64,000 nt of DNA from Candidatus Krumholzibacteriota bacterium (lineage in GTDB: Bacteria > Krumholzibacteriota > Krumholzibacteriia > JAJRXK01), in the NCBI GenBank assembly GCA_963764625.1, contig CAVXTH010000009.1, positions 640,001 to 704,000 of the forward strand, given 5' to 3'. Under the pieces are notes generated by a model. The model saw nothing but the letters and a program-made list of their open reading frames with translations. It did no database searches and had not been told where the DNA came from. Positions 48,012 through 58,432 of this stretch are shown here, piece after piece (positions within the stretch are counted from its first letter, which is position 1; every line of letters starts with the position of its first letter). The translations under genes and the position numbers were made by a program.

Positions 48012-49025
48012 ATGAAGAAGACCTTGCTCTTGGCGCTGTGCGCTATCTGCATGGTGCTCATGCAGGACAGTGCACGGGCGCAAATGCTCATCAACGGGGC
48101 GGGGGCGACTTTCCCCTATCCGCTGTATGCCAAGTGGTTCCACGAGTACGCCAAGATCGATCCCTCGGTGCGCTTCAACTATCAGTCCATCGGTTCCGGT
48201 GGTGGCCAGAAGCAGATCCTGGCCGAGACGGTCGACTTTGGAGCGTCGGATGGGCCGATGAGCGACGAAAACCTGGGGAAGGCGCCGCGCAAGCTGCTGC
48301 ACATTCCCACCGTCGGGGGCGCGGTGGCTCTGAGCTACAACCTTCCCGGCAATCCCGCGCTAAAATTGGACGGTCCCACGGTGGTCGATCTCTTCATGGG
48401 GAAGATCACCAAGTGGAACGATCCCAAGATTGCCGCGCAGAACCCCGGCGTGACTCTGCCCAAGATGGACGTCATCGTGGTGCATCGCAGTGACGGCAGC
48501 GGCACTTCCTTCATCTTCACCGATTACCTCTCCTCGGTGAGTAGCGAGTGGGCTGAGAAAGTCGGGAAGAACACCTCGGTGAACTGGCCGACTGGACTGG
48601 GAGGCAAGGGAAACGAGGGAGTAGCCGGTCAGATCAAGCAGTTGCCCGGTGCCTTCGGCTACGTGGAGCTGGCCTACACCATTCAGAACAAACTCGCCTA
48701 CGCACAACTGAAGAACGCGGCCGGCAACTACATCACTCCCACCTTGGAGTCGGTCACCGAGGCCTTCGCCACGGCCGAGATCCCGGAAGATTTTCGTTTC
48801 TCCATGGTCAACTCTCCCGGTGAGAAGGCCTACCCGATCGCGGGCTGCACCTGGCTGCTGGTATACGAGCAACAGAAGGACGCGGCCAAGGGCAAGAAGC
48901 TCGTCGACTTCTTGAACTGGGCGGAGACCGAAGGAGAGAGTATGGCAAAGTCGCTCGACTACGCTCCCCTGCCGAAGAACCTGCAGGAGCGCGTTTTGAA
49001 ACGAATCAAGACCATCCAGTTTTGA
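48012..49025 (+). CDS. pstS: phosphate ABC transporter substrate-binding protein
   Basis: GAGATFPYP, YQSIGSGGG, DFGASD, HRSDGSGTS, GGKGNEGV. Confidence 0.96.
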   Translation: MKKTLLLALCAICMVLMQDSARAQMLINGAGATFPYPLYAKWFHEYAKIDPSVRFNYQSIGSGGGQKQILAETVDFGASDGPMSDENLGKAPRKLLHIPTVGGAVALSYNLPGNPALKLDGPTVVDLFMGKITKWNDPKIAAQNPGVTLPKMDVIVVHRSDGSGTSFIFTDYLSSVSSEWAEKVGKNTSVNWPTGLGGKGNEGVAGQIKQLPGAFGYVELAYTIQNKLAYAQLKNAAGNYITPTLESVTEAFATAEIPEDFRFSMVNSPGEKAYPIAGCTWLLVYEQQKDAAKGKKLVDFLNWAETEGESMAKSLDYAPLPKNLQERVLKRIKTIQF

Positions 49026-49993
49026 GTGACTTGACTGCGCACGCGCCAACGCCCTCGAGACCCCTGACGGGCGGTCGCCATTTCGGCGACCGCACCTTCC
49101 TGTGGCTCACGCTCCTCATGGCCCTGTCCGTCTTCGCTTTGATCGGACTGATCGGCTTTGAGTTGGCGAGCGGATCGGGGTTGGCGCTGCGCAAATTTAG
49201 CTGGGGCTTTCTCGTCTCTGCGAGCTGGGATCCGGTGGCCGAGCACTTCGGCGCGCTGCCGTTCATCTTCGGCACTCTGGTGTCTTCGGCGATCGCTCTG
49301 ATCATTGCGGTGCCGCTCAGCATCGCGACCGCGGTTTTTCTCACCGAGATGGCCCCGCTGTGGTTGCGGCAACCGCTGACGATGCTGATCGAGCTGCTCG
49401 CCGCCATTCCGAGCGTGATTCTCGGCCTGTGGGGCATCTTCGTGATGGTTCCCTGGTTGCGAATCCATCTGTTCCCGTTCTTGCGCGATACGCTGGGCTT
49501 CTTGCCTCTGTTTCAGGGGCCGATCTACGGGATCAGCATGCTGGCCGGCGGGATCATCGTCGCCATCATGATCATCCCGATCATCACCTCGGTATCGCGC
49601 GAGATCCTGCGCTCGGTTCCCGGGCTTCAACGCGAGGCGGCGTACGCCCTGGGGGCGACGCACTGGGAAGTCACGCGGATCGCGGTTCTGAGATTCGCCA
49701 AGAAGGGTCTGTTTGGCGCCGTCATCCTGGGACTCGGGAGGGCTCTGGGGGAGACGATGGCGGTGACGATGGTCATCGGAAACCGCCCCGAGATCACCGC
49801 TTCCCTTTTGGCGCCCGGATACACCCTAGCCAGCGTCATCGCGAACGAATTCACCGAGGCCACGAGCGATCTCTATCTTTCCTCTCTATTCGAGTTGGGT
49901 CTCGTCCTCCTCGGGGTGACGATCCTGACCAACATCCTCGCGCAGATTCTACTGAAGACTCTGGCCGGACCGGGGGTGAAGCACAGACAATGA
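49022..49993 (+). CDS. pstC: phosphate ABC transporter permease
   Basis: ELLAAIPSVILGLWG, REAAYALGAT, LGRALGETMAV. Confidence 0.95.
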   Translation: MSDLTAHAPTPSRPLTGGRHFGDRTFLWLTLLMALSVFALIGLIGFELASGSGLALRKFSWGFLVSASWDPVAEHFGALPFIFGTLVSSAIALIIAVPLSIATAVFLTEMAPLWLRQPLTMLIELLAAIPSVILGLWGIFVMVPWLRIHLFPFLRDTLGFLPLFQGPIYGISMLAGGIIVAIMIIPIITSVSREILRSVPGLQREAAYALGATHWEVTRIAVLRFAKKGLFGAVILGLGRALGETMAVTMVIGNRPEITASLLAPGYTLASVIANEFTEATSDLYLSSLFELGLVLLGVTILTNILAQILLKTLAGPGVKHRQ

Positions 49994-50850
49994 CGCCGGA
50001 TCAGGTCCACCACCGTCGCCGCAACGCCATCAACGCCCTGATGCGAGCCCTCTCGCTTCTGTGCGCGCTCTTGGTGGTTACGCCGCTGCTCTTGGTCTTC
50101 TACCATCTGCTCAGCCAGGGCTTGGGCGCTATCAACTGGGATTTCTTCACCCAATTGCCCAAACCGGTGGGAGAGCCCGGCGGTGGGATGGCGAACGCCA
50201 TTGCCGGGACCTTCATTCTCATCGGCTTGGCAGCACTCATGGGGGTGCCGGTGGGAGTTCTCGGCGGCATCTATCTGTCCGAATACGGAAGCTCGCGAGT
50301 GAATTGGTGGATTCGCTTTGCGGCCGACGTCATCAACGGCGTACCCTCCATCGTGTGGGGAATGGTGGTTTGGGCCATCGTAGTGGTTCCGATGAAGGGC
50401 TTTTCGACACTGGCCGGCGGGATCGTGCTGGGCTTGATGATGATTCCCTTGATCATGCGCACGACCGAGGAGGTCCTGCAGCTCGTGCCCAATGGATACC
50501 GGGAAGCTGCACTCGCGCTGGGAATCACGCAATGGCGTGTCACCGTGCGCATCGTGGTGCGCACCGCACTCAAGGGAATCGTGACCGGGGGGCTCTTGGC
50601 GTTGGCGCGAGTGGCGGGGGAGACGGCGCCGCTGCTGTTCACCGCATTCGGAAACCAATTCTGGACCCACAGGATCACCGATCCCATCGCGGCGATGCCC
50701 TTGCAAATCTTCGCCTATGCCATTTCCCCCTACGACGATTGGCACCGGCAGGCTTGGGCGGGTGCGTTGGTGCTGCTACTCTTCGTATTCTTGATCAACA
50801 TTGGAGTTCGCGTGCTCACGCGCGATCGACTCCGTTCGAAACCGGTTTGA
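49990..50850 (+). CDS. pstA: phosphate ABC transporter permease
   Basis: GVPSIV, REAALALG, ARVAGETAPLLFT; ATGA overlap with pstC. Confidence 0.95.
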   Translation: MTPDQVHHRRRNAINALMRALSLLCALLVVTPLLLVFYHLLSQGLGAINWDFFTQLPKPVGEPGGGMANAIAGTFILIGLAALMGVPVGVLGGIYLSEYGSSRVNWWIRFAADVINGVPSIVWGMVVWAIVVVPMKGFSTLAGGIVLGLMMIPLIMRTTEEVLQLVPNGYREAALALGITQWRVTVRIVVRTALKGIVTGGLLALARVAGETAPLLFTAFGNQFWTHRITDPIAAMPLQIFAYAISPYDDWHRQAWAGALVLLLFVFLINIGVRVLTRDRLRSKPV

Positions 50851-50856
50851 GTCATC

Positions 50857-51717
50857 ATGGAGACCACGGACAACACCGCGAAGAAGATGACGGCGATCCC
50901 CACCCCGGTCGACGCCATCCAGAGGGCCGCGCAAGGACCTCGAGCCCGCGAAGTGACGCCGGAGCCCGCCGTGATCGTGCGTGATCTCTCGGTCTATTTC
51001 GGCTCGAACCAGGCGGTGAGGAGCATCTCTCTGGACATCGCCGCCCGTTCGGTCACCGCCATCATCGGACCCAGCGGCTGCGGGAAATCCACTTTCCTGC
51101 GCGCGCTCAACCGCATGCACGAACTGGTTCCTCACGCGCGGGTGACCGGCGAGATCCGTCTGTTCGGAGAGAACATCTACGCCAGTAACATCGAGCCCGT
51201 CATGGTTCGCAGGCGCGTGGGTATGGTATTTCAGAAGTCCAATCCCTTCCCGACCATGTCCATCGCGGACAACGTCACCGTGGGTCTACGCCTGAATGGA
51301 ATCCGAGATCGTTCGGTTCTGGAAGAGCGGGCCGCAACTTCCCTGCAGATGGCGGCGTTGTGGGACGAGGTCAAGGATCGTCTGAATGCCCCGGCGATCA
51401 GCCTCTCGGGAGGCCAGCAGCAGCGTCTATGCATCGCGCGCTGCATCGCGGTCAATCCCGATGTCATCCTCATGGACGAACCCTGCTCGGCGCTCGATCC
51501 ACGCTCCACGGCCCGGGTGGAGGAGCTGATCCTCGAGTTGCAGCAGCGTTATACGATCATCATCGTCACCCACAACATGCAGCAGGCTTCGCGTGTATCC
51601 GATACGACGGCCTTCTTCTACGAAGGCAGCCTCATCGAAATGGATGAAACCCCGAGGATGTTCACCAAGCCGTCGATCAAGCGCACCGAAGATTACATTA
51701 CCGGACGGTTCGGCTGA
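50857..51717 (+). CDS. pstB: phosphate ABC transporter ATPase
   Basis: [36 protein letters not shown]. Confidence 0.96.
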   Translation: METTDNTAKKMTAIPTPVDAIQRAAQGPRAREVTPEPAVIVRDLSVYFGSNQAVRSISLDIAARSVTAIIGPSGCGKSTFLRALNRMHELVPHARVTGEIRLFGENIYASNIEPVMVRRRVGMVFQKSNPFPTMSIADNVTVGLRLNGIRDRSVLEERAATSLQMAALWDEVKDRLNAPAISLSGGQQQRLCIARCIAVNPDVILMDEPCSALDPRSTARVEELILELQQRYTIIIVTHNMQQASRVSDTTAFFYEGSLIEMDETPRMFTKPSIKRTEDYITGRFG

Positions 51718-51832
51718 TTCGCGCCCGCGAATTCTACTGCGTGAAAAGAAAATGTTTGCCACAATGAGAGCCCTCTTGCCACTCTCCGGCTCTGGCGAGA
51801 ACTTCTCGATCTTCACTCAGCGGTTGGACGGC

Positions 51833-53656
51833 ATGACCGAGACCCCAGAGCGGAACCAGTCTCCGGACGGTGGAAGCCCTCCCCGTCTTCTGGGGTTGCT
51901 CAAGCTCCGACTCTGGATGGCGGAGACCATCCGTCCCAGCGAGCTGCACGAGACTCTCTTCTGGGCCGGAGTGGTCGGGTTTCTCGGAGCCGTGGCCTCG
52001 GTGCTCTTCCGGCGCCTGTCCTACGAGGTCCATCTGCTCTTGACGCGCCAGACCGGCGGAGTCGTCGAGAGCTTCATGCACCTGCCGCTGTGGCAACGGG
52101 CATTGACCCCCACCATCGGAGGACTTGCCGCCGGCGCCATCCTGTATTGGGGGAGCCGGATCACGAGGAGTCGCCATCCCACCGACTACATGGAAGCCAT
52201 CGTGGTGGGCAACGGCCTGGTCGCGGTGCGCTCGAGTCTGGTGAAGTCGGCCTCCGCTCTCTTCTCCATTGCGGGTGGGGGTTCGATCGGGCGAGAGGGA
52301 CCCATGGTCCAACTCTCGGCCATGATCGCTTCCCTGGTGGGGCGCTTCCGGCACTGGTCCACGCCCCGCCGGCGACTCATCAGCGCGTGCGGGGGGGCTG
52401 CGGGCATCGCCTCGGCCTACAACGCTCCCATCGCGGGGGCGCTTTTCGTCGCGGAGATCGTTCTGGGTTCGGTGGCCATGGAGAGCTTCGGGCCCTTGGT
52501 CTTCTCTTCGGTGGTGGCCACCCTCACTGTCCGCAAGCTCGTGGGCGCGGCGCCCCTCTATGAGATTCCTCCCTTCGTCTTGAACTCGGTGTGGGAGATC
52601 TTCCCCACGATGGTCTTGGGGGTGGTTGCCGGCTTTGCCGCGCCCTGGTTCCTGCGCGCCCTGCGCGGCAGCGAGCATCTCTTCAGCCGCATGCGCATTC
52701 CCCTCTATCTCAAGCTGGGGCTCGGAGGAGCGGTCGTCGGCGGTCTGGCGGTGTTCTATCCCCAGGTCTGCGGCAATGGCTACAGCACCGTGAGCGCGAT
52801 CCTCGGCGGAGAGTGGGTGTGGCGCACCCTGGTTCTCATCCTCGTCTTCAAGGTGGCGGCCACCGCGGCCACCTTCGGCTCGGGCGCGGTAGGTGGGGTC
52901 TTCACCCCGACCCTGTTCGTGGGCGCGTGTCTGGGCTATCTCTTCGGCGCCGCCCTGGGACACTTCTGGCCCGATCCACTCCTGAGCCCCAGCGGGTTCG
53001 CGCTCCTGGGCATGGGGGCGTTTCTGGCCGGCACCACCCACGCTCCCATCATGGCCATCATCATGATCTTCGAGCTGACTCTCGACTATCAGCTCATGCT
53101 TCCCCTCATGCTCGCGTGCGTGATCGCCTACTACATTTCCCGGAGCCTGGAACCGGTACCCATTTATAGCGAGGCCCTGGAGCGCAAAGGGGCGGCGGCC
53201 TACGCCAAGCAGCTCTCGAATCTCCAGGTCCAGGACCTCATGCGCACCGATCCTCTCGCCGTGCTCGAGACGGCGCGCTTCAGGGTGATCGCACAGAGTT
53301 TTCTGACGAACAACTTCAAGTACTTGTACGTCGTCGATGAAGCGCGCCTGTTCCAGGGGGTCATCCCGCTTCACGAAATCAAGCAGTACCTCACTCTGCG
53401 CGGCCTGGCCGATGTGGTGATCGCCAGAGACATCTTGAGCCGCGAGTTTCCCGTCATTCGCTGCGGCGCGTCGTTGAACGACGCTCTGCAGGTTTTTTCC
53501 GAGCACGACGGGGAACGCCTCCCGGTGGTGGATGACGAGACCGGCCGCCGGCTGATGGGAAGCATTTCCAAACGAGATCTTCTTCTGGCCCTCGCGGTGC
53601 GCACCAAGCCATTTCTGAAGGAGACGCCTGCCTCCGTTGGATCGGCGGAAGAGTAG
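51833..53656 (+). CDS. ClC chloride channel/antiporter (ClcB-like) with CBS pair (start uncertain)
   Basis: GGSIGREGP, YNAPIAG, GGVFTP, THAP; C-terminal CBS domains. Confidence 0.9.
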   Translation: MTETPERNQSPDGGSPPRLLGLLKLRLWMAETIRPSELHETLFWAGVVGFLGAVASVLFRRLSYEVHLLLTRQTGGVVESFMHLPLWQRALTPTIGGLAAGAILYWGSRITRSRHPTDYMEAIVVGNGLVAVRSSLVKSASALFSIAGGGSIGREGPMVQLSAMIASLVGRFRHWSTPRRRLISACGGAAGIASAYNAPIAGALFVAEIVLGSVAMESFGPLVFSSVVATLTVRKLVGAAPLYEIPPFVLNSVWEIFPTMVLGVVAGFAAPWFLRALRGSEHLFSRMRIPLYLKLGLGGAVVGGLAVFYPQVCGNGYSTVSAILGGEWVWRTLVLILVFKVAATAATFGSGAVGGVFTPTLFVGACLGYLFGAALGHFWPDPLLSPSGFALLGMGAFLAGTTHAPIMAIIMIFELTLDYQLMLPLMLACVIAYYISRSLEPVPIYSEALERKGAAAYAKQLSNLQVQDLMRTDPLAVLETARFRVIAQSFLTNNFKYLYVVDEARLFQGVIPLHEIKQYLTLRGLADVVIARDILSREFPVIRCGASLNDALQVFSEHDGERLPVVDDETGRRLMGSISKRDLLLALAVRTKPFLKETPASVGSAEE

Positions 53657-53740
53657 GCGCGCTGGCTGGCTCTTTTTGCGGGAGCTTGTTATCCTGCGAA
53701 TTCCTCGAGTCGCACACTTGCCCCGCTGACAGGTGAAGGC

Positions 53741-55180
53741 ATGCAAGTTCCCCATCGGTTCACGAGCATCGTCGCCACTTTGGGCCCCTCGAGCATCGAG
53801 CCCGCCGTCGTCGGGCGTCTGGTCGATGCGGGTATGGACGTGGCGCGCCTCAACGCCAGCCATGCCGACCACGAGTTCGTACGGCGGGCAGTGGAGGTGG
53901 TCCGTGGCGCGGCGGAGAGCCGGGGCCGTCAGCTGGCCATCATGTTGGACCTACAAGGTCCGAAGATCCGGGTGGGCGAATTGAAGGATTCCTCGGGGAT
54001 CGGGCTCGAAGTTGGCGCCGAGCTGATTCTGACCACCCAGAAGATCGCCGGCGACGCCAAGCGAATTCCCTGCACTTATGGCGGGCTCAGCCAAGACGTA
54101 AAGCCCGGGGACACCATTCTGCTGGATGACGGTCTGATCGAGCTGAAAGTACTGAAGAAAAATTCCGCCACCGACCTGCTGATGCGCGTCATTCACGGAG
54201 GACATCTTCTCCCGCACAAGGGAATCAACGTGCCCGGCCGCGCGCTGCAGGCGCCCGCATTCGGCGAGCGCGATCTGGAGGATCTCGAGTGCGGCATGGA
54301 GCACGGGATCGACTACGTGGCCCTGTCATTCGTACGCACCGCGGAGGACATGCGGAGGCTGCGGGCCGAAGTCGACTCTCTTGGCGGTGGAGTGAGCATC
54401 ATCGCCAAGATCGAGAAGCCGCAAGCCGTGGCCGAGATCGAGAGCATCCTGGACGTGAGCGATGCCATCATGGTGGCGCGAGGCGACCTGGGGGTGGAAG
54501 TCGCCCCGGAGCGGGTCCCCCGCCTGCAGAAAGAGTTGATCCGATCCGCGAATCTGAGGGGCGTGACGGTGATCACCGCCACTCAGATGCTCGAGAGCAT
54601 GGTTCATAGCCCTCGCCCGACCCGAGCGGAGGCGAGCGACGTGGCGAACGCGATCTTCGACGGAAGCGACGCGGTGATGCTCTCGGCAGAAACCGCGTCC
54701 GGAGAGTATCCGGTCGAGTCGATCGAGATGATGAATCGCATCGCCGTCGAAGCGGAACATTCGGAGTTCTACGAAGACACCGAGACGAATCCCGAGCACC
54801 CTTCTCGTTTCGACCCGGCCGCTCGCGCCATGGCGTGGTCGGCCCGACGCTTGGCGAAGGAAACCCAGGTGCGAATGATCATAGTCTACACATTGAGTGG
54901 CACAACTGCGCGCGTGTTGAGCAAACTGAGGCCCAAGGTTCCGATTGTCGCGTTTTGTCCCGATCGAAGCGTGTGCCGGCAGATGGCTTTGCTGCACGGA
55001 GTGGTTCCCTTCGAATCCTCCTTCGCGCGGAATACCGATACCCTCCTGCAGGAAGGCGACCGTCTGTTGCGCGAAACGGGTATGGTTCAAGAAGGCGAGG
55101 CGGTCGTGGTTCTGGGCGGAACCATGCAATTCCCCGGAACCACGAACCTGCTGCAGCTTCGACGAATCACGGCGGAGTGA
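53741..55180 (+). CDS. pyk: pyruvate kinase
   Basis: IVATLGP, DLQGPKIR, IIAKIEK, MVARGDLGVE, TATQMLESM, PTRAEASDV, MLSAETA. Confidence 0.96.
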   Translation: MQVPHRFTSIVATLGPSSIEPAVVGRLVDAGMDVARLNASHADHEFVRRAVEVVRGAAESRGRQLAIMLDLQGPKIRVGELKDSSGIGLEVGAELILTTQKIAGDAKRIPCTYGGLSQDVKPGDTILLDDGLIELKVLKKNSATDLLMRVIHGGHLLPHKGINVPGRALQAPAFGERDLEDLECGMEHGIDYVALSFVRTAEDMRRLRAEVDSLGGGVSIIAKIEKPQAVAEIESILDVSDAIMVARGDLGVEVAPERVPRLQKELIRSANLRGVTVITATQMLESMVHSPRPTRAEASDVANAIFDGSDAVMLSAETASGEYPVESIEMMNRIAVEAEHSEFYEDTETNPEHPSRFDPAARAMAWSARRLAKETQVRMIIVYTLSGTTARVLSKLRPKVPIVAFCPDRSVCRQMALLHGVVPFESSFARNTDTLLQEGDRLLRETGMVQEGEAVVVLGGTMQFPGTTNLLQLRRITAE

Positions 55181-55185
55181 AGAGC

Positions 55186-55542
55186 ATGGGCGCAAGATCA
55201 GGTCTGAACCTGAGCGCGTGGATGCTTCTGGTGTGTGTGTCGTTTCTGGGATGCGGCCGTAAGGCCGAGGATCCCAGCCCGGCCGGCGTCTACGCCGCCC
55301 GTTGTGCCCGGTGCCACGAGATCGACGGTTCGTCCACCACCGCGAGCAAGATGGCTAAGGAAGAGATCGACCTGCGCGATCCGGTCTTCCAGCGCTACAA
55401 CAGTGACGAGCGCATCCGCCGCATCGCCCGCTTCGGAAAGGGTCGAATGCAGGGCGTACCCGACATCACCGACACCGAACTCGACTCGGTCGTGGTCCAG
55501 ATCCGCAAGTTGGGTGCGGCCGCGGCGGACAGCACTCACTAG
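55186..55542 (+). CDS. monoheme cytochrome c lipoprotein
   Basis: Lipobox FLGC; CARCH; distal GRM. Confidence 0.8.
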   Translation: MGARSGLNLSAWMLLVCVSFLGCGRKAEDPSPAGVYAARCARCHEIDGSSTTASKMAKEEIDLRDPVFQRYNSDERIRRIARFGKGRMQGVPDITDTELDSVVVQIRKLGAAAADSTH

Positions 55543-55592
55543 ACAGCGCGCCAACGGCGGAAGAAACCGAGTGGACTTCCGCCGTTTCCATA

Positions 55593-55880
55593 CTACCTCA
55601 GCAGCACCATTTTCTGCCGCAGGTCGACTCCACGGGCCGTGAGGCGGTAGAAGTACACCCCACTGCCCACCGGTCTCCCCGCGTTATCCTTCCCATCCCA
55701 GAGGACCGAGTAGTCTCCGGCGTGAGGATGCCAACCATCCGCCAGATCGGCCACTCTTGCCCCCGATGCGTCGTATACGCTCAACTTCGCCGCCATGGGC
55801 TGGGGCAGGTAGTATTCGATCGTCGTGTTGGGGTTGAAGGGGTTTGGGTGGTTCTAGCCCAACCAGCGAGGAGAGGCCAC
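55593..55880 (-). pseudogene. orphan FlgD-Ig-like C-terminal domain remnant with an in-frame TAG
   Basis: VASPRWLG*NHPNPFNPNTTIEYYLP...VYDASGARV...WDGKDNAGRPVGSGVYFYRL...KMVLLR; TAG at 55854-55856 and another stop at 55917-55919. Confidence 0.7.
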
Positions 55881-56075
55881 GGGCCCGGAACTTGCCTTCC
55901 GCGAAAAAAGATGTTCCTAAGGCCCCTCTCGACCTTGACGTTCGCGAAAAAAAGTCCTCTATATGGGGCCATTGGAACCAGCCCGTGATCCCCGCTCTCC
56001 CGTCGTGTCCATGGGGGGGCGTTTTGTCTAACGGGCCCATGCTCCAGCCGCCCACCTGGTGGGTAAAGGAAGCTA

Positions 56076-57422
56076 ATGAACAAGATGAATCCGAGTCTCG
56101 ACTCGGAGCCTCCGGCGCCTGGTTTATCCTCTAAGGCACACCGGAATCGGCCTATCGTCCAGGCGGAGCCGACGCCCTATCACTCTTCCCGATCACAACT
56201 TAGCGAGCTTTCCGCTTCGGACCTCCTGGTGACCGAGAGCGAGGCGACGCATTGCGTCAGCGAGCGGAGCGACGAGTTCCGTCGCCTCTTCTTCCCTGAT
56301 GCCAGTCTCGAGGATTGGAACAGCTGGCGCTGGCAGCTGCACGCGAGGATCCGCAACCTGGCGGAACTCGAGCGCATCTTTACCCTCAGCCGCAGCGAGC
56401 GGGCCACGATCGAGAGGATTGGGGGGCGGCTGCCCCTGGGCATCACGCCCTACTACGCCTCCCTCATGGACCGGCAAAATGCGAAGGACCCGATCCGCAG
56501 GACCATGATCCCGGTTCGGGGCGAACTCCTCCGGACTCCCGGAGAGGCGGATGACCCCCTCGGGGAGGAATCGGACGCCGTGGTTCCGGGTCTAATCCAC
56601 CGCTATCCCGATCGCGTATTGTTCCTGGTGAACAACTTCTGCGCGACCTACTGCCGCTACTGTACACGGGCGCGGATGGTGGGTCACACCACCGAATTCC
56701 ATGCCTCGTACGCACAGTACGAGGCCGCGATCGACTATATCGCCGAGCACCCGGAGGTGCGGGACGTTCTGATCTCCGGAGGGGATCCTCTCACCATGAC
56801 CGATGAGAGGCTGGAATGGATCCTCTCGCGGCTGAGGGCCATCAAGCACGTGGAGTTCCTGAGAATCGGCTCCAAGGTGCCGGTGGTGTTGCCGCAGCGG
56901 ATCACTCCGGAACTGGTCGCCATGCTCAAGCGCTACCACCCGTTTTGGCTGAGCCTTCACACCATGCATCCGGTCGAGTTCACTCCAGAGGTCCAGCAGG
57001 CCTGCGAGCGGCTGGCCGACGCCGGCATCCCGGTGGGAAGCCAGACCGTGCTCACACGGGGAGTGAACGACGACGTGGAGACCATGAAGGCCCTCAAGCA
57101 CGCCGAACTGCGCGCGCGGGTTCGGCCGTACTACATCTACCAGTGCGATCCCATCTCGGGCTCGAGCCATCTGCGGACGCCCATCGAGAAGGGTCTGGAG
57201 ATCATCGACGGCCTCCGTGGCCACACGACCGGCTACGCGGTTCCCACTTTCGTGGTCGACGCCCCGGGGGGAGGAGGCAAGATCCCCTTGCTCTCACAGT
57301 CCGTCGTTGGCCGCGATGGAAACGACATTCTCCTGAGGAATTTCGAGGGGAACATCTACCGCTACCCCGATCCCGTGGTCCCTTCCTCCCGTGGAGGGCG
57401 CCGGAAGGGGGGGAAGGTCTAA
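56076..57422 (+). CDS. kamA: KamA-family radical SAM/PLP 2,3-aminomutase (lysine 2,3-aminomutase-like)
   Basis: WNSWRWQL, ITPYY, DPLGEE, HRYPDR, CATYCRYCTR, SGGDPL, YQCD, VVDAPGGGGK. Confidence 0.9.
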   Translation: MNKMNPSLDSEPPAPGLSSKAHRNRPIVQAEPTPYHSSRSQLSELSASDLLVTESEATHCVSERSDEFRRLFFPDASLEDWNSWRWQLHARIRNLAELERIFTLSRSERATIERIGGRLPLGITPYYASLMDRQNAKDPIRRTMIPVRGELLRTPGEADDPLGEESDAVVPGLIHRYPDRVLFLVNNFCATYCRYCTRARMVGHTTEFHASYAQYEAAIDYIAEHPEVRDVLISGGDPLTMTDERLEWILSRLRAIKHVEFLRIGSKVPVVLPQRITPELVAMLKRYHPFWLSLHTMHPVEFTPEVQQACERLADAGIPVGSQTVLTRGVNDDVETMKALKHAELRARVRPYYIYQCDPISGSSHLRTPIEKGLEIIDGLRGHTTGYAVPTFVVDAPGGGGKIPLLSQSVVGRDGNDILLRNFEGNIYRYPDPVVPSSRGGRRKGGKV

Positions 57423-58432
57423 TGAAGATCGGTATGACCTTCGATCTGCGTGACGAGTATCTCGCCATGGGCTACAGCGAAACCCAGACGGCGGAGTTCG
57501 ACCGCGAGGAGACGATCCAGAGCATCGAGGCCGAGCTCATCGGGCTCGGCCACGAGGTCGACCGCATCGGACACGTTCGCCAGTTGACCCGCCGGCTCGC
57601 GGCCGGCGACCGCTGGGATCTGGTGTTCAACATCAGCGAGGGCCTCTGGGGAGTCGGGCGCGAAGCTCAGGTTCCCGCCCTGCTGGACGCGTACGGGATT
57701 CCCTACACCTTCTCGGATCCCCTCGTGTCTGCCCTGACCCTGCACAAGGGAATGACGAAGCACGTCTTGAGAAGCGCAGGGATCGCGACTACGGACTTCG
57801 TGGTGGTGAAGAGCGAGCAGGACCTGGCGGAAGTGAAGTTCGAGTTCCCCGTGTTCGCCAAGCCGGTCGCCGAAGGCACCGCGAAGGGGATCGACGCCAA
57901 TTCCAGGATCGACACCCCCGAGGAGTTGAGGGAAAGGTGCCTGGCCATCGTGGAGGAGTACGACCAGCCTGCGCTCGTGGAGCCCTACCTCAAAGGAAGG
58001 GAATTCACCACCAGCATCGTGGGCTCGGGAAACGAAGCCAGGGTGATCGGCACCCTCGAACTGGGCTACCGCGAGAAGGCGGAGGCTAACGCCTACACCT
58101 ACCTGAACAAGGAGCTCTGCGAGAGCCTGGTCGATTACTTTCTCACCGACGAGGAGGCGGCGTCTCGCTGCGAGCGCGTCGCGCTCGACACCTGGCGCAC
58201 CCTCGGTTGCCAGGACGCCGGTCGGGTGGATTTTCGCGAGGACGAGAAGGGGCGTCTCTTCGTCCTGGAGGTCAATCCCCTTCCCGGCATGCACCCCTCG
58301 CACTCGGATCTGCCCATGACCTGCACCGCGGTGGGAATGTCCTACCGGGACCTCATCGCTGAGATCGTCGCCTCCGCGGCCCGGCGGTTGCCGAAGCTTC
58401 GTCATGCTGCGGAGGCAGGCGTAGCGACATGA
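57422..58432 (+). CDS. D-Ala-D-Ala-ligase-like ATP-grasp enzyme 1
   Basis: DLVFNISEG...REAQVPALL, KPVAEGTAKGI, GREFT, RVDFR, LEVNPLPG; TAATG overlap with kamA. Confidence 0.88.
   Translation: MKIGMTFDLRDEYLAMGYSETQTAEFDREETIQSIEAELIGLGHEVDRIGHVRQLTRRLAAGDRWDLVFNISEGLWGVGREAQVPALLDAYGIPYTFSDPLVSALTLHKGMTKHVLRSAGIATTDFVVVKSEQDLAEVKFEFPVFAKPVAEGTAKGIDANSRIDTPEELRERCLAIVEEYDQPALVEPYLKGREFTTSIVGSGNEARVIGTLELGYREKAEANAYTYLNKELCESLVDYFLTDEEAASRCERVALDTWRTLGCQDAGRVDFREDEKGRLFVLEVNPLPGMHPSHSDLPMTCTAVGMSYRDLIAEIVASAARRLPKLRHAAEAGVAT

Noticed and set aside
56076-57422. EpmB or glutamate 2,3-aminomutase
   Set aside because: No efp/epmA context, longer than EpmB, and it keeps the Asp residues of lysine-type enzymes.
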